Made by a program: the position numbers and the translations under genes. A DNA stretch of 64,000 nt, taken from contig JAKMXF010000334.1 in assembly GCA_024704765.1 (NCBI GenBank), positions 62,001 through 126,000 of the forward strand, given 5' to 3'. Under the pieces are notes generated by a model. The model saw only the letters and a list, made by a program, of their open reading frames with translations, did not search any database and was not told the origin of the DNA. This document shows, one piece after another, positions 35,613 to 46,957 of the stretch (its first letter is position 1; every line of letters begins with the position of its first letter). The DNA comes from Oopsacas minuta (Eukaryota; Animalia; Porifera).

Positions 35613-37675
35613 TGATGTGAAAAATCGCGAAACGCATACGAATGTGGTTATAAAAAGCGCAAGAAGTGTAGCAGAGTAAATAACTGGAGAAAGTTAGTAG
35701 TAGAAGAGAGTAGGTTATTAGATTCAACTGGAAGCTCCAATCCATCTTACTGTAGAGAAGACAACTTTATTCTTATGGCAAAGACTAGCAGAGAATTCAG
35801 TATAGGCACAAATCTAGGCAAAGCAGAGTAGTAAATTGATAGGAATATACGAATTATCATTTAGCCTAGTTTAGTGCAATTTTATCATGCTTAGAGCAAA
35901 CAGTGAATTGAGTTGAAAAGCATTCAATATTATTTCCACAATTCGGGAAGCTCGATTATTGGAATTTTGTAGGGATAATATAATCAAGGCTTTGTAAGTG
36001 ATCTTGTTTTAATATATTAAAATTAATTGAATTCTTTTGAAACTACGAGTAGATTTGAAATTGATTTTTGTGGAATATTTATTACATTTCGCGTGAGATA
36101 TGTTAGTGTAGCTAATATGAAATTTGGCAGAATTGAATTTACGAAAACCTGTTGTTCAAATAGAAAAGGAGTAGTCTATCGGTCCACAAAAATGCGGAAC
36201 CGTCCCAGGGAGATAAGAAAACTTGGTTTCTCGCAAATTCGCCGATTTTGATACCCACTCCTTTGGATTTCAAAGAGTGACGCCATCAGTGGGGCCCATG
36301 AAATCCTAGAGAAATAACTGGCCGAATAAGTACAATAATGAGCGCTTACGCGTCTCTCTGAATTGTTTGGTTTGGCGAAAATATTTTTAGAAAGTAGCCG
36401 TGGAATTTGTTCAAGATCAGTTGAATTTAAAGTGAGAATATAAAACTGAAAGTGAGATTGTGTTCAAATACTTGAGACTTGACAACGATGTATGGTACCA
36501 AAATTTCAGAGATCCTGCAGTCCGGTTTCAGGCTGTCCGGTCCGCTTATTCTCAAGTGCAGTCTGGACCGGTCCATGAAATTCCCGGACCGTTCTCAATT
36601 CATTTTCGAAAAATTGATTTGATTTAACTTGATACAAATATACATGGAAATAAATCCACAACTCTACCCCTGATGTATGAAGTGTGCTAGCCCGGTAAAA
36701 GACACTGAGATAACGATCAGAGTTAGAAATTTAGCTTGTCCAACAAAATTACGCTACCACCAATCGATTTTCCAATGATAATAATTCATTTATGAACCTA
36801 CGAATGCTGCACAGCAGTCACTCCCGATGATCTCGCCGCCCGGTAGGAATGGGCCTTGTCCTAAGGGCTTAAGTCCGGAATTAAGCCCTCTTGTAAAAAA
36901 AGTTTGGACCTTAGGTTAGAGTCGTGAACAATAGATCTAATTATAAATATAAAATAACAAGAATGTGATAACAGAGTTCAGCATTGTTTCTACTCCTTCA
37001 TCGCTGATCAGATAATTATCTGAATATCCACAAATTTGACCAGACCATGCTTCAATTGTTCTAATGAAACACATCATAGACTAAACACGGTTGAACTATA
37101 ATTTTCAATGATGATTGTATCGAGTCAAAGAGTAAATTCAATTAATGGAATTATGAATAATGTCTTGTGTATGATTTATTATTTGTCATCATCTTAACCA
37201 TCCTACAACTCAAAAATTAGTAAAGTCCTTATTACATTACAGACTGGATAATCCATTCTTACAGGACATATTTTAGATCAAATTGAGTTTCATGTCCAAG
37301 GAAAAATGTGCAAAAAAACGCGGTATTTTCCAGATCTTTGTTGACAAGACTAATATTCCAATACTTATCAATCTTTCCATATACCCCGATTAAAATGTCC
37401 AGTTAAAATCCACCCATCCTTCGAGCTATTTCTTTACCTTAGTTGACATATATTCTGTTACAGGTTGGACTTTGGGGATTAATTAATTTGAAATTACAAT
37501 TGTACAGTATCGAATTGCAGTGTAATCAATCCCATCAAGCAATATTTCCTTTCATAAAGACAAGATTAAATACCATGAAAGAGCTAATGCAATGCCAAAT
37601 AAGGAAATAAGCTCATGCTATAGTATATAAGACGGTACATGTAAGATTTTAGAAATTCTTTTCCAAATATTTCTA

Positions 37676-38341
37676 ATGGCATCTAACCACTACGAGAAAT
37701 CAATTCAGATTTCTCAACAGATCTCAAGCTCTACACTGAAAATAATCCTTCTTGGAGATTTTACAACAGGGAAATCAACGTACATGAAAAGTCTATCTAA
37801 AAAATTTCATCAAGCAAAGTTTAGTGATAAACTCGAGTGTCCGAATTGTATGATAAATAAGGAATCATATAAAGTTGAATTACATGATCCGCCGAGGGGA
37901 ATTGAGGAATATCGCAGTTTAAACCCTAGCTATTACCGTGGGGCTGTTGGTGTTATATTCTTCTACGACCAAACAAATTACAATACATTTTTAAGCATTA
38001 AAAGTTACTGGCATAAACAATTGGAGGAATTTAGAAGGCCACTTGAGCATGAGCTAGAAAACCCAATTATGATGTTAGTTAGAAATAAATGCGACCAAAA
38101 TACAAATAACATGGTCAGTGATTTGGAAGAAGAAGCTTTGTGTAAAGACTTAGACATCAAGTTAAGAGTCAGCGTGACATCTAAAACAGGTGTATCTGTG
38201 AAAAGATCTTGGAATAGATTGATGGAGAATATCGTGAGATGTGTTACAGAGAATTTGAAAAAAAATCAATTCGTATCTTTAGACACAGTTAGTTTTGTAA
38301 ATGATATACCGGGAAAAGGTACTATGTGTTGTTTTACGTAG
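37676..38341 (+). CDS. Divergent Rab-like small GTPase (221 aa), intronless
   Basis: G1 GDFTTGKST, Rab-family segment YRSLNPSYYRGAVGVIFFYD, G4 NKCD, G5 VTSKT, C-terminal CCFT prenylation-type motif. G3 reads DPPRG. Confidence 0.85.
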   Translation: MASNHYEKSIQISQQISSSTLKIILLGDFTTGKSTYMKSLSKKFHQAKFSDKLECPNCMINKESYKVELHDPPRGIEEYRSLNPSYYRGAVGVIFFYDQTNYNTFLSIKSYWHKQLEEFRRPLEHELENPIMMLVRNKCDQNTNNMVSDLEEEALCKDLDIKLRVSVTSKTGVSVKRSWNRLMENIVRCVTENLKKNQFVSLDTVSFVNDIPGKGTMCCFT

Positions 38342-38555
38342 TTAATAATCGCAACAGTTCACTTTTGTAACAATTTTGTATCTGTTCTATACACATAAGA
38401 ATTGATATTATCTGAATTTGTTTTGTAAGAGTTGTTGATGATTAAATACACAATTCGTTTTGCTTTTTTTGAAATATTATTTAAACAATTAAAACTAATA
38501 ACATTGATAATAATACATGCAAGAAATCTAAAATTACAATCTGTGCAGACATCAT

Positions 38556-38682
38556 AATGTATCAATTGAATTTCATTAGATGGCACTATGAATTGGAGGC
38601 ACTATAAATGTTCAAAACCAAACGCATACTTTGCCTCAAATTTATAGCACCATAATAGATACGTACATTCAATTGATACATT
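38556..38682. mobile_element. Foldback/MITE, 127 bp
   Basis: Perfect 16-bp TIR AATGTATCAATTGAAT / ATTCAATTGATACATT plus an inner imperfect inverted repeat (ATGGCACTATGAATTGGAGGCA / TGCCTCAAATTTATAGCACCAT). Confidence 0.7.
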
Positions 38683-39820
38683 AAACAAGGGCGGCGGAAT
38701 GTGTTAAGTGGCGATCAGGCCAATGGCTTGATCTATTGTAAAGTGGTCAGGGCCAGATCATACAATTGAGGCCAGGCTAAAAGTGGTCAGGCCATGGTCT
38801 GACTGGCCTGACTGTCGGCACAGATTGTAATTTTCATTTCTCTATAGATTTCAACATTGCATTGTTTGCACTGATTCAGTGTTGCCTATTCGCAAAATCC
38901 ACCAACTAACAACGAGTACATTTTGTATGGTTGCATAAGGGCCATTTAACGTTACGTAACGCTACAAGGGGAGGAAGTAGTATGTGAAATGTGACAGTCA
39001 GGGAAAATTGCAAAACATATATATAATTATCGTTTGAAGAGTCCCTAATAGCAAATTCGTGTAAAATTGGAGGTATTTAATAAGTCAACTTATTTGATGC
39101 CTCCAACATTGTACGATTTGGTAAGAGGCAAAGTTCAACTTACAATGACCATATATCCTAAGTGGGGGTTATCTAGGTACTCTGGGACTAAAATTAGTAC
39201 AACAGGCTCAATATGTTACTGTCCAAAATCGTGCCAGTCCAGAAAATCCTGGATCAGCCCTGTACCCTAGTGTTATTATTTCATGGAGACCATAACATAA
39301 GTACTTCCTGACGAGTGATGACTGTGCCAAGGGATCATAGTGATGTTATGCGGAGACTCATCAGGAGACCACCTTTTTGTACGTGCTGCCCACACCTAGG
39401 ATTTCTCTATCCTGTCCCGTAAAGTAGAAATAAGTTTAAGATGTGAAAATTGGGCCTACAAATCAATAAATGTAATTTATTATCTACATTTATCATACTA
39501 CTTATCCATTACCCAATAGTGCAATTATCAGTGATTACCGTGGTTTGCTACTGAGAGTAACAGATTATAGAAGGTTTTTAACTATAATACAAAATACACC
39601 AATTACGAAATAATTGTTGGTAAAGAAACCAAAGTCAAATTCACATTGTAAATAACAATAATTACCAGCGCATGCCTAATCTACGCGATGAGTACTTTTT
39701 AATATATGTGAATTTTGGCCCCAAATTTTCGTGACAAGACTACCAATCTAAAATATATTACGTCTTTACACCAGCTAACAATAACTCAATTATTTCTATC
39801 ACTAGCCCCTGATATCCATA

Positions 39821-42006
39821 ATGTCGTATGGTATTGAATCAGTTCCTGTTGAATTGGATCCTAACTCTCAAGCCCAAAAACCCAGACATGCCGAATTCTC
39901 ACGCCCGAAATTCCTCAAACTTTCGAACGATGATGTTGAGAAAGGCCGCGACCATTTCACCCGTGAAATCCTCTACCCAGGCAACGGTGCAACTAAGGAA
40001 CCCTTGCCTTGGAATGCCGGATATGCCGAAGTTATAAACGCTGGTAAATCCGATAAAAACGAGGATCAATCTTGGATATTTGCCGGAGTAATGATTTCGG
40101 AATCCGGTTCCAAACAGCTCCGACCTTCAAAGGAATACATGGGGACTTCTCTAGCTAAGAGAGAAGATTCAATTGCTGTCGTGATGTTTGGTGTATGTGA
40201 TGGCCATGCTGGATGGGGAGCAGCTCTCTACGTATCGAAAGTATTAGCTGTACGAATTTCAGAACGATTGGAAGCGATCAAACATTTCCTATTCAAATCC
40301 ATTGAAACTGGTTCTGAATTAATTTACAAATCACCTGATAAAGCGTATGCACCCGGTGACGTCATCCCAACAGAAATGCAAGAAACAATTACAACAGAGA
40401 ACCTAGTTACGGGAGTGCTTGAGGAATGTTTCCGTGAATTGGATGATGAAATACGTCGAAGTTTGTCAACCTATGATATTACAGGTGGTTGTACCTGTCT
40501 AGTAGTACTGTTTATGTTAGGTAAAGTATATGTAGCAAATGCTGGTGATTGTAGAGCTATTCTTGTTAGGAAGAAGAAGCAAGGAGGATATTGTTTTGAA
40601 GAATTAAGTCAAGATCATAATCCTATTACAGATAGACAGAGAGTGCAGTCTATTGCTTACTTACAGCCAGAATTACTAGGTTACTAATTATTAGCTTACA
40701 ATAACGAGACTACGTTCCATGACATTCCACTAATCCATGGTAAATTGCCACTAGTGCCTCTAAACGACCTGATTCAACATATGCCTTAAACGACTGTTTC
40801 GAAAGTGAGGCTATATTCCCCCCCAAGGGTTGTCCTAATTCCGAAGGATCCTGGAATAGATCTATATCTAGGGGAGTTTCTATTTTTCTGGGCCATTTTC
40901 GGGGCAATCGTGTGTAAATGGGGAGTATCCAAATTATTAATTTTTGCAAGTAAATTCAGGGATACTGTCGATTTCTTTACAGACACTGATATAACTTGTT
41001 GACTATGTTTTAAATATCTTTTCACTACAGTCAACTCTCGTTATATCGAAGCTTAAAAGGCCGATAATTACTTTGATTTAGTGGAGTTCGATATAGCCGG
41101 TGAAATTTACGTTACTTTGACGGTTTGGGACCATATTTGTACAATTTCAGACTTCTATATAAGTGTATATTTCGATATAACAGGAGTTGATTGTATTTAC
41201 AATTGACTTCTCATTTATCTGTAGGTCAATACTATGGACGCTTAGAGCTAGAGAGAAGGGCGAGGAAGAAAGACGTGGAAAAGAACGAAGATGGTAAGCC
41301 TACACGCCTCCTTTTCAGAGACGCGTACATGCGTGGGTGGGCACGTCGTGACGTCACAGAAGAAAACGTGAATAAAATCCCAATGGTAATAGGACGAGAC
41401 AAGCGAGCTAGACTCCTGTCAACTATTGGTACAACTAGAGGCTTCGGGGATCACGATTTGACCTGTCAAAGTGGGATGTATATTAAACCTTTCATGACGT
41501 CAGGCCCTGAGATTACTGTGTATCGTCTTACAGAGCGCGAACACACACCAGATGACGTCATAATACTAGCGTCAGATGGTCTATGGGAGTGTTTAACGAA
41601 TAAAGAAGCAGTGGATAGTGTATCTGGTACTTTGGCGAAGTTCCTTGTTGATGATCCCATGAGGTATATACAAACTGCTGTTGAATTGGTGAGAAAAGCG
41701 CGAGGCGAGAGTACAGCTAGATCTTGGAGAACACCGAACGATGAATTCGCTAGCATGGACGATATATCATGTTTTGTTATACCAGTTCATCAGCATATGC
41801 GTGCACCGAAAACTCTAACCTCTACTGCAGCTACTGCTAAACGCGGAGCTGATTGTAGTGATTTCATAGATATTAATGCTCAAGTTATAAATTTTCAAAC
41901 TTCTAATAATAGCTCTGAGGATTTGAGTCAAGCTAGTGACATGAATATTTTGATTGAGTTTGAGTCGTCTGTACAGAGTCTTCCTGTTGATGAGTCTAAT
42001 GTTTGA
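39821..42006 (+). CDS. PPM1H: PPM1H/J/M-type PP2C protein phosphatase, 2 exons (39821-40679, 41225-42006), 546 aa
   Basis: LPWNAGYAEVINAGKS..NEDQ, CDGHAG, GGCT, YVANAGDCRA, flap RLELERR..RDAYMRGW, ARLLSTIGTTRGFGDHDL, LASDGLW, SMDDISCFVIP. GT-AG phase-1 intron. Confidence 0.92.
41028..41193. mobile_element. Pogo/Tigger-like MITE in the PPM1H intron
   Basis: TA|CAGTCAACTCTCGTTATATCGAA ... TTCGATATAACAGGAGTTGATTG|TA. Related fragments at ~20445, ~27500-27565, ~30655-30810, ~34378, ~60960-61050. Confidence 0.8.
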
Positions 42007-42107
42007 TTGAAATATTTGTTTATATTTTTGCTTATTTATATATTGTATATTGCTGCATTTGATTATATGTGCTTTTCTGGTATGTTTGAAGTTGTCTGTT
42101 AAGTATT

Positions 42108-42169
42108 CTCTTGATTAACTATTCTCCACGACTAAAAATTTTGAGTTGTGGAGAATAGTCAATCGAGAG
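42108..42169. repeat. 26-bp imperfect inverted repeat (10-nt loop)
   Basis: CTCTTGATTAACTATTCTCCACGACT-AAAAATTTTG-AGTTGTGGAGAATAGTCAATCGAGAG; one A-C mismatch and two G-T wobbles. Confidence 0.8.
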
Positions 42170-42689
42170 TTTTGCGGTTTTCACACCTTTTGGATATATA
42201 TTTGTAGCGACAATATTAATAGTGCCATTTGGACCTAATAAATATGTTATGCATACTCTATCTCTATAAACTATTTCCAAGTCAAAATGACGTCATCTGA
42301 ATGCTTAGCAAATTTGTCAACAAATGCTCCTATAAGCCGAGTTCTACTAATTGTTAAACTCTGAAGTGAACAGCTGATTTTGATATCTCGAATTGCAATG
42401 TAACTGTTTTTGCTCCGCTTACAACAAAATTCTGCTTAAACGAATTGAAACCCGAGCAGTTTGTTAAACGAGAGTTTACTGTAAATAGAAAATATTTATC
42501 CACAGAAATATTTGTAAGGGATATCGCAGCCGATATCCTTTACTCTGAAGGAGTGACTGGGGAGAACCCTGCTCTATTTTCTTTGACTAGGCACAATTCC
42601 GGTTCAGTCTCAGGTGAATTGATCTTTGCTGCCATTCATACCACATAAAGCGCTGTCAAGTTGCACACATACTATACGCATGTAATTAC

Positions 42690-43180
42690 TAAAAATCTCA
42701 AATCACCGTCTGTGCCGACTTAAATTCACCAAGTTCATTTCAGTGGATTATTGACACTATAATATTCTACTAAATAAGTAAATATCCACTTCAGCAAAGA
42801 AATTTTCAGATAGTATATAAATAATCCTGTTATACAGTTGAGAGCGTCAGAATCGAATTATACGCTCCTGTTTACCCCTAATTAGCAGGCGGAAGCTAAT
42901 CTCTAGGACAATTTTGAAGTGTTGATAAAAAGGTGTGAAAATATGATTAATCATGTGATAAATAAGGACATTACAGTGCTAATTAATTACATACACTCGA
43001 CCAGAAGTAATTTTATGCATTTATGCTTAATTGAAGACCATACAATCTAAATGAGCCAAATTACAGAGTTATCAAAAGGTGAAAAAATTCAAATATCATG
43101 TGTACATCTAGAAGTTATTACGAGTATAAAAGCCAAATTTGGTGTCTTTATCTCTAAAGGTGTGAACAGCAGAGCTAAAA
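42690..43180 (+). repeat. Dispersed repeat copy 2 (see 23760-24235)
   Basis: Direct alignment; carries a ~50-bp insertion relative to copy 1 before the identical core. Confidence 0.9.
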
Positions 43181-43376
43181 CATATGAACCATCGTGTGAC
43201 CCATTGCCCATTGACTTATATTTATCCCACAATTTTATATCTAAAGTAATGTAGCACAGCAGTGAACACAATAGACACGAAATTCCCATAATTATCATTA
43301 TTGACAATATGATTCAAATTCAAATTCTAATAAAAATCATTAAGTCTGCCCAATACTGAGAAATCATCAAGCACTA

Positions 43377-44873
43377 TTATCTCATATTTACAAATATTTC
43401 TATGTCAATGCCTCCATCTTTACAACATCCTTCATTAATTTCAGCTTGAGAGAACGTAGCAATGTTTCTATTTTTCCAAAAATGATAAGAATAATAATCT
43501 GTTTTCCCTACCTGAAATAATTCACTGCAATATTCCAATGTACCACCAAGGTTGTCATGGCAAATCAATCGGGTAAGGAATTCTACTCTGAAAGGCCATT
43601 TGAGTTGATCTTTCTTAGGTACAATCGGAGGATTGAAATTTATATGTAAGTTCTCAGAAACATGCATCTTGAACCTGAAATCATAAGCAGCTATTTTCCA
43701 TGTCTGGGAATGATATAATTTTTCTTTTTTGAATGGAAAGTCTATATTAGCTATTCTCCATTGTAGCTTGGTGGTATTAATGAGAGAATAGAGGGTTACT
43801 ACGTTATGAGTGAGATGTTTTATTGTTTCTTTCTGCTTCATAACAATATCTTCCATTGCATTGAGTTTCATTTCTGTCTGTTTAGACAATCGTTCCATCA
43901 TATCATTCTGTTTCATAACAATCACTTCCATCGCGTTTAGTTTCAATTCTGTGTGTTCAGTCCTCTTCTCCTCCAAATGCTGATAGAGTTCCTTCCTCTT
44001 GATTAGTCCTAGTTCACACTTGTACTTTATAAACGGACACCCTACCTCCTTCTCTACACACTCCTCCTCTATGTGTCGTGCCATATCCTCACGACAAGCC
44101 ACTTTGCCACATTTTAGTTCACATGATAGTATCATTTTGGGACACTCTTCCATATGGTTACTCATATCACAAGCTTTGAAACCTATGTGACAATGCTCAC
44201 AAGGTATCATACGTTGTACACACTTTGTATTCACATGCATATCAAGCTCATCACGTGGTAGCTCTATCCCACAGCCTAGTTTGCAATGCTCTACCATACG
44301 ACCACAATCTTTATTTAGATGATGTGGCATATCCTCGCGACATAGCACTACGCCACAGTTTAGTTCACATTTTAGTGGTATTTTTTGACACTCTTCATGA
44401 TGGTTGGATAAGTCACAAAATTTCAATTCTTTCTGACAATACTTACACAGTATTTCCCGAAATAAACACTTTTCACTCATATGAATATGTACTTCATTAC
44501 GTGGTAACACTATGTCACATCCTAGTTTACACATCTCATCTACTAGATCACACACAGCAAGATGTTTCTCACATTCACCTAGTGTTCCTAGCCAATCACA
44601 GCCCCGTTTGTATAAGGGACACGAGCACTTGAGTGAGAGAACTATGTTCCTCACATGTATGTTCGGGTGTGACTGTTCTTCTCCCTTCTCACAACAGGAA
44701 CAAAATTGTTCCCCACTACTAGATAGACACGCTTCTCTCAGTATTCCGTGACAACGGGGACAAACCAGTAAAGTACAATCTCTCTCTGATAAATTCTCAA
44801 TCAAAATATCTCTCCTATGACCTGTAGCTACTCCTCCTTTATCAGCTTGTAGTTGTTTGATGTTTTCTGCCAT
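43377..44873 (-). CDS. TRAF-like protein (498 aa): degenerate RING, multiple TRAF zinc fingers, coiled coil, MATH domain; intronless
   Basis: CPLYKRGCDWLGTLGECEKHL, repeated C..GC...(V/L)xRxE...H...C zinc fingers, LQWRI..., LKWPFRVEF, IDIEIFV. Confidence 0.9.
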   Translation of the reverse strand: MAENIKQLQADKGGVATGHRRDILIENLSERDCTLLVCPRCHGILREACLSSSGEQFCSCCEKGEEQSHPNIHVRNIVLSLKCSCPLYKRGCDWLGTLGECEKHLAVCDLVDEMCKLGCDIVLPRNEVHIHMSEKCLFREILCKYCQKELKFCDLSNHHEECQKIPLKCELNCGVVLCREDMPHHLNKDCGRMVEHCKLGCGIELPRDELDMHVNTKCVQRMIPCEHCHIGFKACDMSNHMEECPKMILSCELKCGKVACREDMARHIEEECVEKEVGCPFIKYKCELGLIKRKELYQHLEEKRTEHTELKLNAMEVIVMKQNDMMERLSKQTEMKLNAMEDIVMKQKETIKHLTHNVVTLYSLINTTKLQWRIANIDFPFKKEKLYHSQTWKIAAYDFRFKMHVSENLHINFNPPIVPKKDQLKWPFRVEFLTRLICHDNLGGTLEYCSELFQVGKTDYYSYHFWKNRNIATFSQAEINEGCCKDGGIDIEIFVNMR

Positions 44874-45041
44874 AATACTACATATAGTGACACCAAAATT
44901 ATATCTAGTTTATACCAATACTATTTTAATAATCTTAGTTAGATAGTGTCGTCTTATAGGCACAAACTTGTCAGTATCTTGTTACGAAGTTATGAAATAC
45001 TAATATATGTATTTGAGATCTTTAGGTTATAATATCATTGA

Positions 45042-46370
45042 ATGGCAGCTAATTCTGTTGTACAATTAGTCTCTGAGCATGGGCCAGATTTGTGTAGAGT
45101 TAGAGGTGAGGGAGGATTAGTTAGAGGTTTTAGGAGAGATATTCTAACTGAGAATTTATCAGAAAGAGATTGTGCTCTTCTGGTTTGTCCCCGTTGTCGT
45201 GGAATATTACGAGAGGCGTGTATCTCGTTTGGTGGTGCACACTTCTGTTTATCTTGTACCAAAGGAAACGAGCAGACACACCCGAATACACACGTAAGGA
45301 ACACGATATCATCACTTAAGTCTACATGTCCCTTGTCTACACGGGGCTGTGAATGGCTAGGAACACTTGGAGAATGTGAAAACCATCTTGATATGTGTAG
45401 TAACGTGCATGAGATATGCAAACTAGGATGTGATATAGTGTTACCACGTTATGAACTCGTTAACCATATGAGTGAAAAGTGTCTACAACGTGTAATTCCC
45501 TGTGAACACTGTGAGAAGAATTTCAGAGTGTGTAATATGTCTAGCCATATGAATGATTGTCTCAAAATGCTACAGACATGTGAACTAGGATGTGGCATAC
45601 TTGTATGTAGTGAGGACATGGAGCGACACCTAGAGGAGGAGTGTGTAGAGAAGAAGGTAGGGTGTCCGTTTATAAAGTACAAGTGTGAAGTAGGACTAAT
45701 CAAGAGGAAGGAACTCTATCAGCATTTGGAGGAGAAGAGGACTGAACACACAGAATTGAAACTAAACGCGATGGAAGTGATTGTTATGAAACAGAACGAA
45801 ATGATGGAACGAATGTCTCAACAGACAGAAAAGAAACTCAATGCAACAGAAGATATGTTACTAAAATTGACTCGTAAAGTGGAATCGTTAACCAAAGAAA
45901 GCGATTTTAATCAAGAAGAAATTATCGTTGAGGATAACACTTTACTATGTACTCTCCCAAATGCCACAAAACTACAATGGAGAATAGAAAAGATTGAGAA
46001 TATGATGAAACCTCGTCTTTCTTCAACTTTTTCTTTTTCCCACAAATTTCAAGTTGACGGATTTATATTCAATTTTCAGCTTCAATATTCAGATGGATTA
46101 CGAATTAACTTATGCCCTCATATTGGATCAAATTATGATATATTACATTGGCCCTTTAGGGCTGAGTTTCTCACATATTTGATTTGTCATAGCAACCGTA
46201 AGAGTACCTTAGAATTCAAGAGCCCAACAATTAATATCAATAAAGAGGATTATTACTTTCACAGTATTTGGAAGGACAGAGAAATTGCTTTATTCCCTAG
46301 AGCTTCTATAAAACCTGAATTTATCAGAGATGGAGCTATTCACTTAGAAATTTTCGTAATTATGAAGTAA
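45042..46370 (+). CDS. TRAF-like protein (442 aa), head-to-head paralog; intronless
   Basis: Same architecture with fewer zinc fingers: LQWRIEKI, LHWPFRAEF, IHLEIFV. Confidence 0.9.
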   Translation: MAANSVVQLVSEHGPDLCRVRGEGGLVRGFRRDILTENLSERDCALLVCPRCRGILREACISFGGAHFCLSCTKGNEQTHPNTHVRNTISSLKSTCPLSTRGCEWLGTLGECENHLDMCSNVHEICKLGCDIVLPRYELVNHMSEKCLQRVIPCEHCEKNFRVCNMSSHMNDCLKMLQTCELGCGILVCSEDMERHLEEECVEKKVGCPFIKYKCEVGLIKRKELYQHLEEKRTEHTELKLNAMEVIVMKQNEMMERMSQQTEKKLNATEDMLLKLTRKVESLTKESDFNQEEIIVEDNTLLCTLPNATKLQWRIEKIENMMKPRLSSTFSFSHKFQVDGFIFNFQLQYSDGLRINLCPHIGSNYDILHWPFRAEFLTYLICHSNRKSTLEFKSPTININKEDYYFHSIWKDREIALFPRASIKPEFIRDGAIHLEIFVIMK

Positions 46371-46957
46371 CGGATTATGATTTTACTTAGAATATTTGTA
46401 TCGTTTATTTTACCGAATACAAATTAGATATTTCTATAACCTGCAATTGTCTGCAGTCAAGACCCGATCGCACGATTTTTGCATTCTAGGTCATTCGACT
46501 AATGACAATGCCATATAGTATAGCCTGGTTATACATTCTAGTATAGATAAATATATACATTCAAACCAGATTGGAGATAAAAAGAATGTCGAATTTGGTT
46601 GAACATGCTCTTTTTGTTGTGAGGCAGCGTTTTAGTACTAATTAATCGCACCTAGCAACAACCGTGGCTGGCTGGCGTGGCATCTCCGCATTTAGGAAAG
46701 TTTTAGCGGGACATGACACTCAAATAGCCTAGACTCCGCATAATAGAACCCCCCCAGGTAAGCTCTGACCAGCATTAATCGACCATGCAAAATGTATCAA
46801 TAGTCTAGTTAATCCAGCCAACACCTTTATTCCACTTATTCAGGTTAAAGGGCCTGACCCCGAGGTGACCCTATTATGCATACCTACTCGATGCCTTTCA
46901 ACTCTTTTAAGTAACTCATTTATTCATGATATCCATAAATTAGCCCCACAGATATCT

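Noticed and set aside
35690-37620. Exon-like or endonuclease-like fragments on the - strand (GWILTGHFNRG; SMMCFIRTIEAWSGQICG...) suggesting a gene or LINE relic beside the Rab
   Set aside because: Could not build a phase-consistent model; stops interrupt candidate frames.
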